NCBI GenBank assembly: GCA_022824365.1
Contig: JAJEAA010000031.1
Location: 57,104 to 121,103 of the forward strand
Length of the DNA: 64,000 nucleotides
Source: Anaerolineae bacterium
GTDB taxonomy: Bacteria > Chloroflexota > Anaerolineae > Aggregatilineales > Phototrophicaceae
Direction: 5' to 3'
Shown here: one piece after another, positions 46,134-56,912 of the stretch
How the letters are laid out: each line of letters begins with the position of its first letter
Position numbering within the stretch: the stretch's first letter is position 1
Program-made: the position numbers and the translations under genes
Notes under the pieces: model-generated
The model's database searches: none
Seen by the model: only the letters and a program-made list of their open reading frames with translations
Told to the model about the DNA's origin: nothing

Positions 46134-46199
46134 CGCCCGTGGGCGTCGACGGCGGCGATAGCGACGATATCCTCGACATCATCGCCGGCAGCCCAGAAG
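46134..46199 (-). pseudogene. Decayed duplicate of the maeB 3' end
   Basis: Minus-strand translation reads FWAAGDDVEDIVAIAAVDAHGR. Intact MaeB ends LQAGDDVEDIVAIAAVAAMDAHAREG (46526-46600). Confidence 0.8.
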
Positions 46200-46207
46200 C
46201 GCGCAAA

Positions 46208-46236
46208 TTGACAGCTTTGAACCTGCTTGTTATATT
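46208..46236 (+). promoter_or_regulatory. Near-consensus sigma70 promoter of small-protein copy 2
   Basis: TTGACA (46208-46213), a 17-nt spacer carrying an extended -10 TG, then TATATT (46231-46236). Lies 22 nt upstream of ATG 46258. Confidence 0.55.
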
Positions 46237-46257
46237 GAGGGCGAAACAGGAGGACTC

Positions 46258-46461
46258 ATGGCAGCAGAGAGCTTGGAAAGCCGAATTGCGCCGGTAGAGA
46301 GATCAGTCGCGCGGCTTGAGGGCGCGTATGAGCATCTCGCGACAAAAGCCGACATCGCGGCCGTAAATGCCAAGCTGCAACTCTTGCAGTGGATCACCGG
46401 CACCGGCTTCACCATCATCGCCGGCTTGCTCATCCACATGCTAGGAATAATTGCCTCTTAG
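46258..46461 (+). CDS. Small coiled-coil protein with C-terminal TM anchor (DUF1640/XhlA-like), copy 2
   Basis: 67 aa with AGGAGGA upstream and a strong promoter-like element at 46208-46236. VARLEGAYEHLATKADI and WITGTGFTIIAGLLIHMLGIIA. Confidence 0.7.
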   Translation: MAAESLESRIAPVERSVARLEGAYEHLATKADIAAVNAKLQLLQWITGTGFTIIAGLLIHMLGIIAS

Positions 46462-46479
46462 CTTCGGCCCCGACGCTAC

Positions 46480-46504
46480 GGGCGACCCAAAGGCCGCCCC
46501 TACA
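46480..46504 (+). repeat. REP-C element
   Basis: gggcgacc caaa ggccgccc imperfect hairpin followed by ctaca. Lies 22 nt from the maeB stop. Confidence 0.7.
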
Positions 46505-46525
46505 TTTGATAGGTGGGAAGTCTGG

Positions 46526-48781
<2,256 letters not shown>

Positions 48782-48890
48782 GGCGGGATGCTCCCCAAAG
48801 AGATGGATGAGTTTACAGCATTATTCTACCCCAGCGCGGCGTCTCAGCGAAAACACGGTTTGAGCATTGAACTGTCAGAACCGACCGACA

Positions 48891-48922
48891 AAGGGTTCTC
48901 CCTATTAGGAAGGAGAACCCTT
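48891..48922 (-). terminator. Hairpin downstream of the acidic secreted-protein gene
   Basis: 11-bp stem aagggttctcc / ggagaaccctt with a 10-nt loop. Only a short T-tract follows on the minus strand. Confidence 0.4.
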
Positions 48923-48953
48923 TAGAGTCTTTTGACTTGTTATGCGCTTACAA

Positions 48954-49865
48954 TCAGCAGGCCGGGTTGAAGGGATCGACCTCGCAATTTACCGGACCGC
49001 CGCCGTTGCCGCCATCGTCGTCGTCATCGTCATCGTCATCATTGTCATCGTCATCGCCGGCTGAGTCATCGCCGGAGCCTTCGCAGTGCGCCTGCAAATA
49101 TGGCGCGCCTTCATCGGGCTGATAGCAATTGTAGGAGGCGACGGGGCAGTTGCCCGCTTCTCTCACGGTCAGGTTCAAGCCCGATGCGTCGTATTCAGAA
49201 GCCAGGATCCACTGTCCGACCTGGTAGGGTCCGCAGCCTGTCGGCGCGTTTTCAACAACAGGCGGATCCGCAGGTTGCTGGGTTGTCGGCTGTTCTGTCG
49301 CTTGACTATAGTCGGCTTGGGTGGCGCCCAGCGCTCTATTGTCGATGGATGTTGTCAACGCGATAAGCTCGAAGGTCTCGGGGTGAAACAGCGCGAGGAA
49401 GACCAGGCCGTCGGGCATGGCGCTGGTACCTGGAACGCAGAGGGTATCCGTGCTGCCGCTCAACTTCTCGGTATCGCAGATGCCGTCTACTTCTTCTTCG
49501 TCGTATACCAGCAAGCCGTCATCGATTTCCCCGATAGCTTCAATCTGCTCGGCGAGTGTTTCGGCGTTTTGCAGGTCATCCAACTCCAGCAAGGTTTCAC
49601 TGATCACGTGGCGAAAGGGGAACTCCGTGACATTTTCAATTGCGAGTTTGGGTTCGCCGGCTTCATCGCTGTTTCTGTAGCGCAGCCAGCCGGAGTCGTA
49701 AGTTCTGAATTCGAGGACAGTGAGAGCTGGCGGCGGGGCTTGCTCATCCTGTTCCTGCGCCAAGTAGATCCCGCCCGGCAGCGCAATCGCCATCAGTAAA
49801 ACCAGCGCCATGAACCGGAGCAGGCGACCATAGGTTGTGGAATTAAAGTTGCGTGTTGCTGTCAT
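48954..49865 (-). CDS. Secreted/anchored acidic Cys-containing protein with poly-Asp tract
   Basis: 303 aa. N-terminal hydrophobic segment LLRFMALVLLMAIALPGG. Very acidic. C-terminal GDDDDNDDDDDDDDDGGNGGG (49014-49055) and several Cys. No family recognised. Confidence 0.6.
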   Translation of the reverse strand: MTATRNFNSTTYGRLLRFMALVLLMAIALPGGIYLAQEQDEQAPPPALTVLEFRTYDSGWLRYRNSDEAGEPKLAIENVTEFPFRHVISETLLELDDLQNAETLAEQIEAIGEIDDGLLVYDEEEVDGICDTEKLSGSTDTLCVPGTSAMPDGLVFLALFHPETFELIALTTSIDNRALGATQADYSQATEQPTTQQPADPPVVENAPTGCGPYQVGQWILASEYDASGLNLTVREAGNCPVASYNCYQPDEGAPYLQAHCEGSGDDSAGDDDDNDDDDDDDDDGGNGGGPVNCEVDPFNPAC

Positions 49866-50049
49866 CAGCGGTCTCCCTTCTCTAATAACCTACCTAATAA
49901 TTTAGACCAAATTTCCCAGCAGGGAGAGAAGATGAAGGCTTAATTTGCTGTATATCGGATTATTGATACAGTATCATAGAGGAAGTATCAAAACGAGCAG
50001 GTGTAACAGCGCGGAATTGCTTGGGAGAGTCCCAATAGCGCGTTGGAGG

Positions 50050-50125
50050 TTCAGCCCAACTGTTCGCAGATGATATCGGCGGTGTAGTCGAGCGCCTCTT
50101 GACGGGTGTTGGGTCGTCCGCGAGC
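50050..50125 (-). pseudogene. Decayed duplicate of the 3' end of the IPMDH-family gene
   Basis: 50050-50081 is identical to 51022-51053 (ttcagcccaactgttcgcagatgatatcggcg), and 50072-50090 equals 51085-51103. Minus-strand translation reads ...DYTADIICEQLG*. The intact gene ends ...DYTADILGADGMSTDDFADIICEQLG*. Confidence 0.85.
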
Positions 50126-50168
50126 ATACGTAGCACTTTGTCAGCGCTGCTAATGAAGTGAGTGGGAA

Positions 50169-50750
50169 CTATCGGTCTCGTCGGATCGTATTCAAGAAAG
50201 GTTGATCGAGATCAACTCGTTCATCGGCGGCTTGCCATAATTCCCTGGCGTGGCTTCGCGGCTCGCCGGTGAATAGCCAGACGGCAATCCCTTCCCTCTT
50301 TGCCTCTTCAAAGGCAGGCACCATATCGCTATCGCCGGTGACGACCGCGGCGTGCCTGATGGAGCGCTTGGCGCTCAGCAAAGCGAAATCCAAACCCAGC
50401 AGTAGATCGACTTGCTTTTGTTGGTAGATCGGCTGTCCTTGATTATTCTTGCCACGATACTTAACGACACCCAATCTTACGGTAAAACTAGACAGCCGCT
50501 CTAGAGCGTCGTAGAACTTACGGCGGTTCTGGAAGAATTTTCTTTCATGTTCAGTGGGGCGATTACTTTGGTAGGGCAAGCCATTATAATAATATGTACG
50601 CAAGAGATCCATTGGCGCTGCTGGCGTTCGCGCGTTTACCCGTGTAAGTATCTCGGAAGAAAGTTTTTCGTAATCGACCCATACGTTAATCTTCTTGGCG
50701 ACCTTCTCCAAATACGCTCCATCAACAAAAATCGCTAAACGAAACATCAT
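50169..50750 (-). CDS. NYN-domain (LabA/DUF88-like) putative ribonuclease
   Basis: 193 aa. LAIFVDGAYL at the N-terminus, QKQVDLLLGLD, VVTGDSDMVPAFEEAKREG match the NYN/PIN-like acidic residue pattern. Confidence 0.75.
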   Translation of the reverse strand: MMFRLAIFVDGAYLEKVAKKINVWVDYEKLSSEILTRVNARTPAAPMDLLRTYYYNGLPYQSNRPTEHERKFFQNRRKFYDALERLSSFTVRLGVVKYRGKNNQGQPIYQQKQVDLLLGLDFALLSAKRSIRHAAVVTGDSDMVPAFEEAKREGIAVWLFTGEPRSHARELWQAADERVDLDQPFLNTIRRDR

Positions 50751-50770
50751 TGATCCTTTGCCTTGGCTGC

Positions 50771-50808
50771 AAAAAAACGGAGAGGCTAGGAATTTTCGCT
50801 AGCCTCCC
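50771..50808 (-). terminator. Rho-independent terminator-like hairpin between the dehydrogenase gene and the NYN gene
   Basis: Minus strand reads gaggctag-(9 nt loop)-ctagcctc followed by tccgttttttt (A7 run at 50771-50777 on the plus strand). Confidence 0.6.
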
Positions 50809-50956
50809 GCAAATTGCCTGACGAACTATCGTGAGGTCGCCAGGGGGTATTGTCACCCTACTGTACGCCAATAGACGGCATATGTCAAGTCTATAAGTCA
50901 GGCCGTGTTACTCAATCGGATAGCGCGGCCCGACCCTGCAATAGCGCACGCTTTTT

Positions 50957-50982
50957 GGGCGAGACAAGTCTCGCCCCTACAA
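50957..50982 (+). repeat. REP-C element
   Basis: gggcgagac aa gtctcgccc hairpin followed by ctacaa. Lies about 40 nt from the dehydrogenase stop. Confidence 0.8.
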
Positions 50983-51022
50983 CTGTCGTGTGATCCGGAG
51001 GGGCGAAATACGGGATACGGTT

Positions 51023-52030
51023 TCAGCCCAACTGTTCGCAGATGATATCGGCGAAGTCGTCCGTGCTCATGCCGTCGGCGCCGAGGATATCGGCGGTGTA
51101 GTCGCCGCGGCTGAGGGCGGCGTTGACGGCGGCGTCGATGCGATCGGCGATAGCGGGCTGCTTCCAGTGGTGGCGCACGAGCATGGTCGCGCTGAGAATA
51201 ACGGCGGTGGGGTTGGCGATGCCCTGGCCGGCGATATCGGGGGCGGAACCGTGCACTGGCTCGGCGACAGCCACATCATCGCCCAGGTTCAGCGCTGGCG
51301 CCAAGCCTAAGCCGCCGCCCCAGGCGGCCGCCATATCGGAGAGGATGTCGCCATAGAGGTTGGGCGTCAGGACGATATCGAAGCGGGCCGGTTCCTTGAC
51401 CATCCAGTAGGCGGCGGTATCCACCAGCAGTTCATCGGTTTCGATCTCGGGATAGTCCTTGGCGATTTCGTAGGCGACGCGGCGGAAGAGGCCGTCGGTC
51501 TGGGGCAGGACGTTGCCTTTGTGCACGATGGTGACGCGGCGGCGGCCCTCGTTCAAGGCGAGGCGGAAGGCGGTCTGCGTGATGCGCTCGGTGGCGTAAC
51601 GCGTGATGCGTTTGGTGGCGGTGCCGGTATCGCCGGCGTCATCGGTGGTTTCGTCGCCGATGTAGAGGTCTTCGGTATTTTCTCGCACGACAACGAGGTC
51701 GACGCCTTCGCGGGCGGTGGGCACGGGCAGGAAGCGGGTGGGGCGCAGGTTGGCGTAGGTCTCCATCGCGCGGCGCAGCTTGACGATGGGCGAGGAATAA
51801 CCGGGCACCGGATAGGAGGGCGAACTGCAAGCCCCAAATAAAACGGCGCCGGCCTCATTGGCGATTTCGATGGTCTCGGCGGGGAGGGCGTCGCCCACTT
51901 CCTGGAATTTGTCCCAGCCGGCTTCGGCGGGAAGGATTTCGATTTGCGGCAGGACTTGGCGCAACACGCGAACAGCGGCCGGAACGACCTCGCGGCCGAT
52001 GCCATCACCCTCAATAACGCATAACTTCAC
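51023..52030 (-). CDS. Isocitrate/isopropylmalate dehydrogenase family protein (LeuB/homoisocitrate DH-like)
   Basis: 335 aa with VIEGDGIGREV, NLRP, VVVRENTEDLY, NLYGDILSD, GSAPDIAG family motifs. Confidence 0.88.
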   Translation of the reverse strand: MKLCVIEGDGIGREVVPAAVRVLRQVLPQIEILPAEAGWDKFQEVGDALPAETIEIANEAGAVLFGACSSPSYPVPGYSSPIVKLRRAMETYANLRPTRFLPVPTAREGVDLVVVRENTEDLYIGDETTDDAGDTGTATKRITRYATERITQTAFRLALNEGRRRVTIVHKGNVLPQTDGLFRRVAYEIAKDYPEIETDELLVDTAAYWMVKEPARFDIVLTPNLYGDILSDMAAAWGGGLGLAPALNLGDDVAVAEPVHGSAPDIAGQGIANPTAVILSATMLVRHHWKQPAIADRIDAAVNAALSRGDYTADILGADGMSTDDFADIICEQLG

Positions 52031-52514
52031 AGCAGCATCTCCTCGTCACGGCAGACGTCAGAAAGACAGTAAAGCTATTTCAAAGCAAAAAAGAAATGTC
52101 TTCGCGCAGCCGCGCCAGGAACTGCCTCTTGTTCATGCAGGATATGCGACGCCAGCAAAGATTGTTGCACATCACTGGAGATTTGTCGAATTTTTCCCCT
52201 TAGCAGCCAGGGCAATTGTCTTAAAATCATTATACGGCGTTTTCCAAGCAAGATTACGCAATGTAGAGGCGGCTCGGCGAGCCCGGGAAAATGACCTGTG
52301 ATATGCGGGCGTTGCAAGGAAATGTCGCTACAAATTATTGATGCTGCGGATAATTTGTCATTATCGACGGCATTTCAATTTTGAAGCGATTGTCTTGGGT
52401 CCCGCGTCAGCGAGTTGCGTATTCCGAACGCCGGCGCTATCATTTCCATGTGAATGCGCGTTCAGCGCAAATTACCCATCTCACCGTTTCAATATCTGTA
52501 CTTACGGAGGCGAT

Positions 52515-53810
52515 ATGTTCAGCAAATATCCTCGTACGCTTTTAGCTTTTCTTCTAGTCGCAATCCTTGCGTTTGCACTGGCGCCAGCGCAAGCGCAAGA
52601 CGCCGTCGAAATCGTTATCTGGCACATGGAACAGCCGCCGCAGCGCGTTGAGCGGGTCCAAGGATTGATCGACGAATTCAACGCCGCCAATCCGGGCATT
52701 GTTGTCAGCCAGGATGTCCAAAGCTGGGGCGAAATCTATACCAAAGCGCCGGCATCCGTCGTCGCCGGCAACGCCCCCGACATCCTTTTCGCCATCCCCG
52801 ACTTCACGCCGATCATCCGTGAATTGGGCGCGGTGCAGGCGGTGGACGACTTCGTTGCCGAGATTGACGAGACTCATGGTTATCTTGACGTCGGCATCGA
52901 GCCTTATACTTCCGATGGCCAGGTCTGGGCGATTCCGCTCTGGAATATGGCGCATGCCATCTGGTACAACGTTGACGATCTTGAAGAAGCTGGAATTGAA
53001 GAACCGACCACTTGGGATGAATGGGCGAGCGCCGTCGAAGCCTTGACCGGCGAGGGCCGCTATGGCATCGGCTTGCCCGCCAATCGCAATCTTTACACTG
53101 ATCAGGTTGTTTACAACTTCATGATCAACGCTGGCGCATCCGCTCTATACAATGACGATGGCAGCCTGCGCTTCAATAACGAGCAAACTGTACGCGCGCT
53201 CGACTTCTATTCGCAGCTCAGCCAATACTCGCCGCCGGACAGCCCGAGTTGGGCTTGGGGCGAGGCGGAAGTCTGCCTGGGCAGCGGCACTTGCGCGATG
53301 GTCAATCAGTTCGCCTTTTTGCGATCCTATGAAGCCAATGGCGGGGACCCGGCAAATCTCGGCGTCATGCCCATGCCCGTTGATGAAGGCGTCGAAGATC
53401 CTGGGACTATTTCCTACGTCAATGCGGCGATGATCCTGACCGACGACGCTGCCAAGCAAGAAGCGGCTTACGAGTTTCTCCGTTTCATCTTCCAGCCCGA
53501 AAACTACGGCCTGTTCCTCAATATGGAACCAGGCTTGTTCTTGCCCATCACTGAATCCGGCTTTGAATCGGAATCGTATTGGAGTGATCCGCTGGTGGTC
53601 AAGTATCGTGAACAGCTCGAGACCGTCCTCGATTATTCGCGTTCGGGCCGGCTCTTCGGTTTCACTGGCGGCCAGACCTTCCCGAGCATCGCCCGTATTT
53701 CCGCTCAAAACTTGCTGAGCCAGGTGGGGCAGCTGGTTGTAGTGGATGGCATGGGCGCTACTGAAGCGGCTGAAGAAGGTGAATACCTGATGATGGAAGC
53801 GATCGAATAG
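52515..53810 (+). CDS. Sugar ABC transporter substrate-binding protein (family 1)
   Basis: 431 aa from ATG 52515 (GGAGG upstream). Signal peptide LLVAILAFALAPAQAQ. Followed by two MalF/MalG-type permeases. Confidence 0.85.
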   Translation: MFSKYPRTLLAFLLVAILAFALAPAQAQDAVEIVIWHMEQPPQRVERVQGLIDEFNAANPGIVVSQDVQSWGEIYTKAPASVVAGNAPDILFAIPDFTPIIRELGAVQAVDDFVAEIDETHGYLDVGIEPYTSDGQVWAIPLWNMAHAIWYNVDDLEEAGIEEPTTWDEWASAVEALTGEGRYGIGLPANRNLYTDQVVYNFMINAGASALYNDDGSLRFNNEQTVRALDFYSQLSQYSPPDSPSWAWGEAEVCLGSGTCAMVNQFAFLRSYEANGGDPANLGVMPMPVDEGVEDPGTISYVNAAMILTDDAAKQEAAYEFLRFIFQPENYGLFLNMEPGLFLPITESGFESESYWSDPLVVKYREQLETVLDYSRSGRLFGFTGGQTFPSIARISAQNLLSQVGQLVVVDGMGATEAAEEGEYLMMEAIE

Positions 53811-53920
53811 ATCGGCAAATGACAGTTTCCTCGGCGCGCGGCCGGGCCTCGCGCCGGGGAAGAACATAATCTTTATCGAAATCCCTGAGTAAGGCAGCGC
53901 CTGATCGGCCGAAAGCGCTA

Positions 53921-54847
53921 GTGTCTAGTACAGTAAAACCAAAGCGAGACGAAAGGCGTCGCCGACGGGCCTTATTGGGCATTTTCCTGGTCGCGCCGCT
54001 CGTGATATGGCTGGTCGCCACCATCGCCTACCCCATCTTCTCGCTGATACGCCTCAGCTTTCTCGATGTCGGCGTCATCGGCACCGGCGGCGAATTTGTT
54101 GGCCTGGACAATTATCAGCGTGTCCTGAACTCCCGCGCCTTCTGGCCCTCAATGGGGCGCAGCGTGGTTTGGGTGCTGGGCAACGGTCTGCTGCAAACCG
54201 TCTTGGCATTCGTGGCCGCGCTCGTCTTGAATCTGCCGTTCCGAGGCCGGGCGTTGGCGCGCACCTGGGTCATCCTGCCTTGGATCGTGCCAGCAGTCGT
54301 CGCTGTCATCGTCTGGAAGTGGATGCTGGGCACATCCGGCGGCGTCGTCAATATGATCTTGCTGCGCCTCGGATTGATTCAGGAGCAGGTCGGGTTTTTC
54401 AGTACTGGCAACACAGCAATGGCATCACTTGTCGGGATTAATTCCTGGCGTTTCTTTCCGCTGCTGACCATCATCATTCTCGCCGGCATGCAAGGCATTC
54501 CGAAGGATCGCTATGACGCCGCCGGCGTTGATGGCGCCAGCGCCTGGCAGCGTTTCATAAATATCACGATTCCCGGCTTGAAACCGGTGCTCTTTGTCAT
54601 GGGATTGGTCGGCACGCTCTGGTCGGTCAACATTTTTGATGTCATCTACCTGGTCACGGGCGGCGGGCCTTCTCGCGCGACCTTAACCATGCCGGTGTTG
54701 ATTTACGATATGGCATTTCTTCAATATCGTTTGGGGCGGGCGGCGGCGGCGGCGGTTTTGATGGCGGTCGCGGTCACTATCTTCACAGTCGCATTCATCT
54801 ATTTCCTCGCGCCGGGCTCCGAAGAAGAAGACGAGGAATGGGGATGA
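53921..54847 (+). CDS. Sugar ABC transporter permease (MalF/UgpA-like)
   Basis: 308 aa, GTG start, six TM segments, EAA-loop region (YDAAGVDGASAWQRFINITIP). Confidence 0.88.
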   Translation: MSSTVKPKRDERRRRRALLGIFLVAPLVIWLVATIAYPIFSLIRLSFLDVGVIGTGGEFVGLDNYQRVLNSRAFWPSMGRSVVWVLGNGLLQTVLAFVAALVLNLPFRGRALARTWVILPWIVPAVVAVIVWKWMLGTSGGVVNMILLRLGLIQEQVGFFSTGNTAMASLVGINSWRFFPLLTIIILAGMQGIPKDRYDAAGVDGASAWQRFINITIPGLKPVLFVMGLVGTLWSVNIFDVIYLVTGGGPSRATLTMPVLIYDMAFLQYRLGRAAAAAVLMAVAVTIFTVAFIYFLAPGSEEEDEEWG

Positions 54848-55674
54848 ACGAGGGCAAGCGGGGCCGCGCCGTCCGTTACCTGCTAGTGATCCTGGTGATG
54901 TTCTTTATCATCGCGCCCTTCTACTGGATCTATAGCTCGTCGTTGAAGGTATCTACCGAAATCGTCGCGCAGTCGCCGACGCTTTTCCCCGAGTCGATCA
55001 CGTTCGGGCATTACGCTAACCTGCTTTCCTCGTCGGATTATCCAATTTATCTGACGAATAGCGCGATCGTCAGCTTCGCCACGATGGTGATCACGGTTGT
55101 CCTGTCGACATCGGCGGCTTATGGCTTGTATCGTTTGCCCTTCCCCGGTCGCAAGACGATTTATCGGCTAATCCTGCTTGCTTATATTTTCCCAGGCTCC
55201 CTTCTGCTCATCCCGCTTTACGTCATGCTCAGCAGATTGAATCTACTTGATACGCAACTGGCGCTTGTCATCATAAACGTCACGTTCGCGGCGCCATTTT
55301 CCGTCTGGCTGCTCAAAGCCTTCTTCGCCTCCATCCCTTTCGAGCTGGAGGAGGCGGCCAGCCTCGATGGCGCTTCCTGGCTGCAAACGTTGCTGCTGGT
55401 GGTGCTGCCGCTGGCATCGCCCGGGGTCGCCAGCGTCGCCATTTTCGCCTTTATCACGTCGTGGACCGAGTACATGTTCGCCTCCGTCCTCATTATCAGC
55501 GATGCCAACCGCACACTCCCCGTCGGCTTGGCCGGCATAATCGGCCAGTACGTCATAGACTGGGGTCTTCTCCTGGCGGGCGCAGGCGCAACCACACTGC
55601 CTATCATCCTGCTCTTCGTCCTCATCGGACGCTTCTTCGTCAATGGCTTGCTCGAAGGCGGCGTAAAAGCCTGA
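54838..55674 (+). CDS. Sugar ABC transporter permease (MalG/UgpE-like)
   Basis: 278 aa with EAA loop (EEAASLDGASWLQTLLLVVLP). Overlaps the upstream permease gene. Confidence 0.88.
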   Translation: MGMNEGKRGRAVRYLLVILVMFFIIAPFYWIYSSSLKVSTEIVAQSPTLFPESITFGHYANLLSSSDYPIYLTNSAIVSFATMVITVVLSTSAAYGLYRLPFPGRKTIYRLILLAYIFPGSLLLIPLYVMLSRLNLLDTQLALVIINVTFAAPFSVWLLKAFFASIPFELEEAASLDGASWLQTLLLVVLPLASPGVASVAIFAFITSWTEYMFASVLIISDANRTLPVGLAGIIGQYVIDWGLLLAGAGATTLPIILLFVLIGRFFVNGLLEGGVKA

Positions 55675-55705
55675 GCGCGCCGCAAGTCGTCGGGGAGACA
55701 ATCTC

Positions 55706-56866
55706 ATGAGCACAAGACTGGGCTTGGAAATCTTTCTCGACTCTTCAACCGATCTCGCAGCTGGCAAGCGGGTCGGTTTGGTCGCCTGCCCCAGCAGCGT
55801 CGATCGGCAGTTGCGCAGCAGCATTGACCTGCTTCACCGCCATCCCGCGGTCAATCTGGTCGCGCTATTTGGTCCGGAGCACGGTATCCGCGGCGATGCC
55901 CAAGCGGGCGCCAAGGTCGCCAGCGGCGTCGACCGGCTGACCGGGCTGCCCGTCCACAGCTTGTACGGCCGGTCGCAGAAACCCAGCGCCGACATGCTGC
56001 GCGACATCGATGCCATTATTATCGACTTGCAGGAGGCGGGCGTCCGCTTCTATACCTTCGTCGCCACGATGCTGCATGTCATGGAGGCGGCGGCAGGGGC
56101 GGGCATCGGGGTCATCGTTCTGGATCGGCCAGCGCCGATCAACGGGAAGCGCGTTGAAGGTCCCGTCCTCGACCCGGCTTTCAGGTCTTTCGTCGGTCCC
56201 GCGCCCCTGCCCATCCGCTACGGGATGACCATCGGGGAATTGGCGCGACTGCTGAATGAAAGAATCGGCTGCGACCTGCAAGTTATCCCAATGCGAAATT
56301 GGACGCGAGCCATGTGGCAGGACCAGACCGGGCTGCCTTTCGTCCCTTTGTCGCCCAACCTGCCGACATTGGATGCCGTCACGCTCTATCCGGGCACTTG
56401 CCTTATCGAAGGCACGAACCTGTCCGAAGGCCGCGGCAGCACCCGGCCTTTCGAGTATATCGGCGCGCCCTGGATAGACGCGGAGGCGCTGGCCGAGGAA
56501 CTCAACGATTTGAAGCTCGCCGGTCTGCGCTTCCGGCCAGTTTACTTCGTCCCCACCTTCGGCAAGCATCAGGGAGAGCTTTGCGCCGGCGTCCATGTCT
56601 ATGTGACTGACCGCGAGGGGTTCCAGCCGGTCAGCGCCATGCTGCACGCGCTGCAGACGCTCAAGCGCCGCTATCCCGATGACTTCGCCTGGCGCTCGCC
56701 CTGGATACCGGGCCGGCAGCGTCCGATCGACTTGCTCTGGGGCAGCGACCGCTTGCGCCGGCATATTGACGCCGATGAATCTGTCGCAGAACTCATTGAG
56801 AGTTGGCAGGCGGACATTGCGCAATTCCTACAATTGCGAAAGCGGCATATGTTATACTCTCCGTAA
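55706..56866 (+). CDS. DUF1343 family protein (exo-beta-N-acetylmuramidase NamZ-like)
   Basis: 386 aa. GKRVGLVACPSSVD...LFGPEHGIRGD...IIDLQEAGVRFYTF matches the DUF1343/NamZ pattern. Confidence 0.8.
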   Translation: MSTRLGLEIFLDSSTDLAAGKRVGLVACPSSVDRQLRSSIDLLHRHPAVNLVALFGPEHGIRGDAQAGAKVASGVDRLTGLPVHSLYGRSQKPSADMLRDIDAIIIDLQEAGVRFYTFVATMLHVMEAAAGAGIGVIVLDRPAPINGKRVEGPVLDPAFRSFVGPAPLPIRYGMTIGELARLLNERIGCDLQVIPMRNWTRAMWQDQTGLPFVPLSPNLPTLDAVTLYPGTCLIEGTNLSEGRGSTRPFEYIGAPWIDAEALAEELNDLKLAGLRFRPVYFVPTFGKHQGELCAGVHVYVTDREGFQPVSAMLHALQTLKRRYPDDFAWRSPWIPGRQRPIDLLWGSDRLRRHIDADESVAELIESWQADIAQFLQLRKRHMLYSP

Positions 56867-56912
56867 GCAAGCTACCTTTGTCCGAGTTAAAGCATAATTA
56901 TTTGAGGAGAAA

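Noticed and set aside
48937-49122. 61-aa plus-strand ORF with a poly-Ser run
   Set aside because: It is the antisense reading of the poly-Asp-encoding triplet repeat of the 303-aa minus-strand gene.
49948-49971. CTGTAT-N12-ATACAG inverted repeat resembling an SOS (LexA) box
   Set aside because: The spacing (24 nt overall) does not fit the E. coli-type CTGT-N8-ACAG box. It also does not match the Gram-positive or cyanobacterial LexA consensus, and no SOS gene is adjacent.
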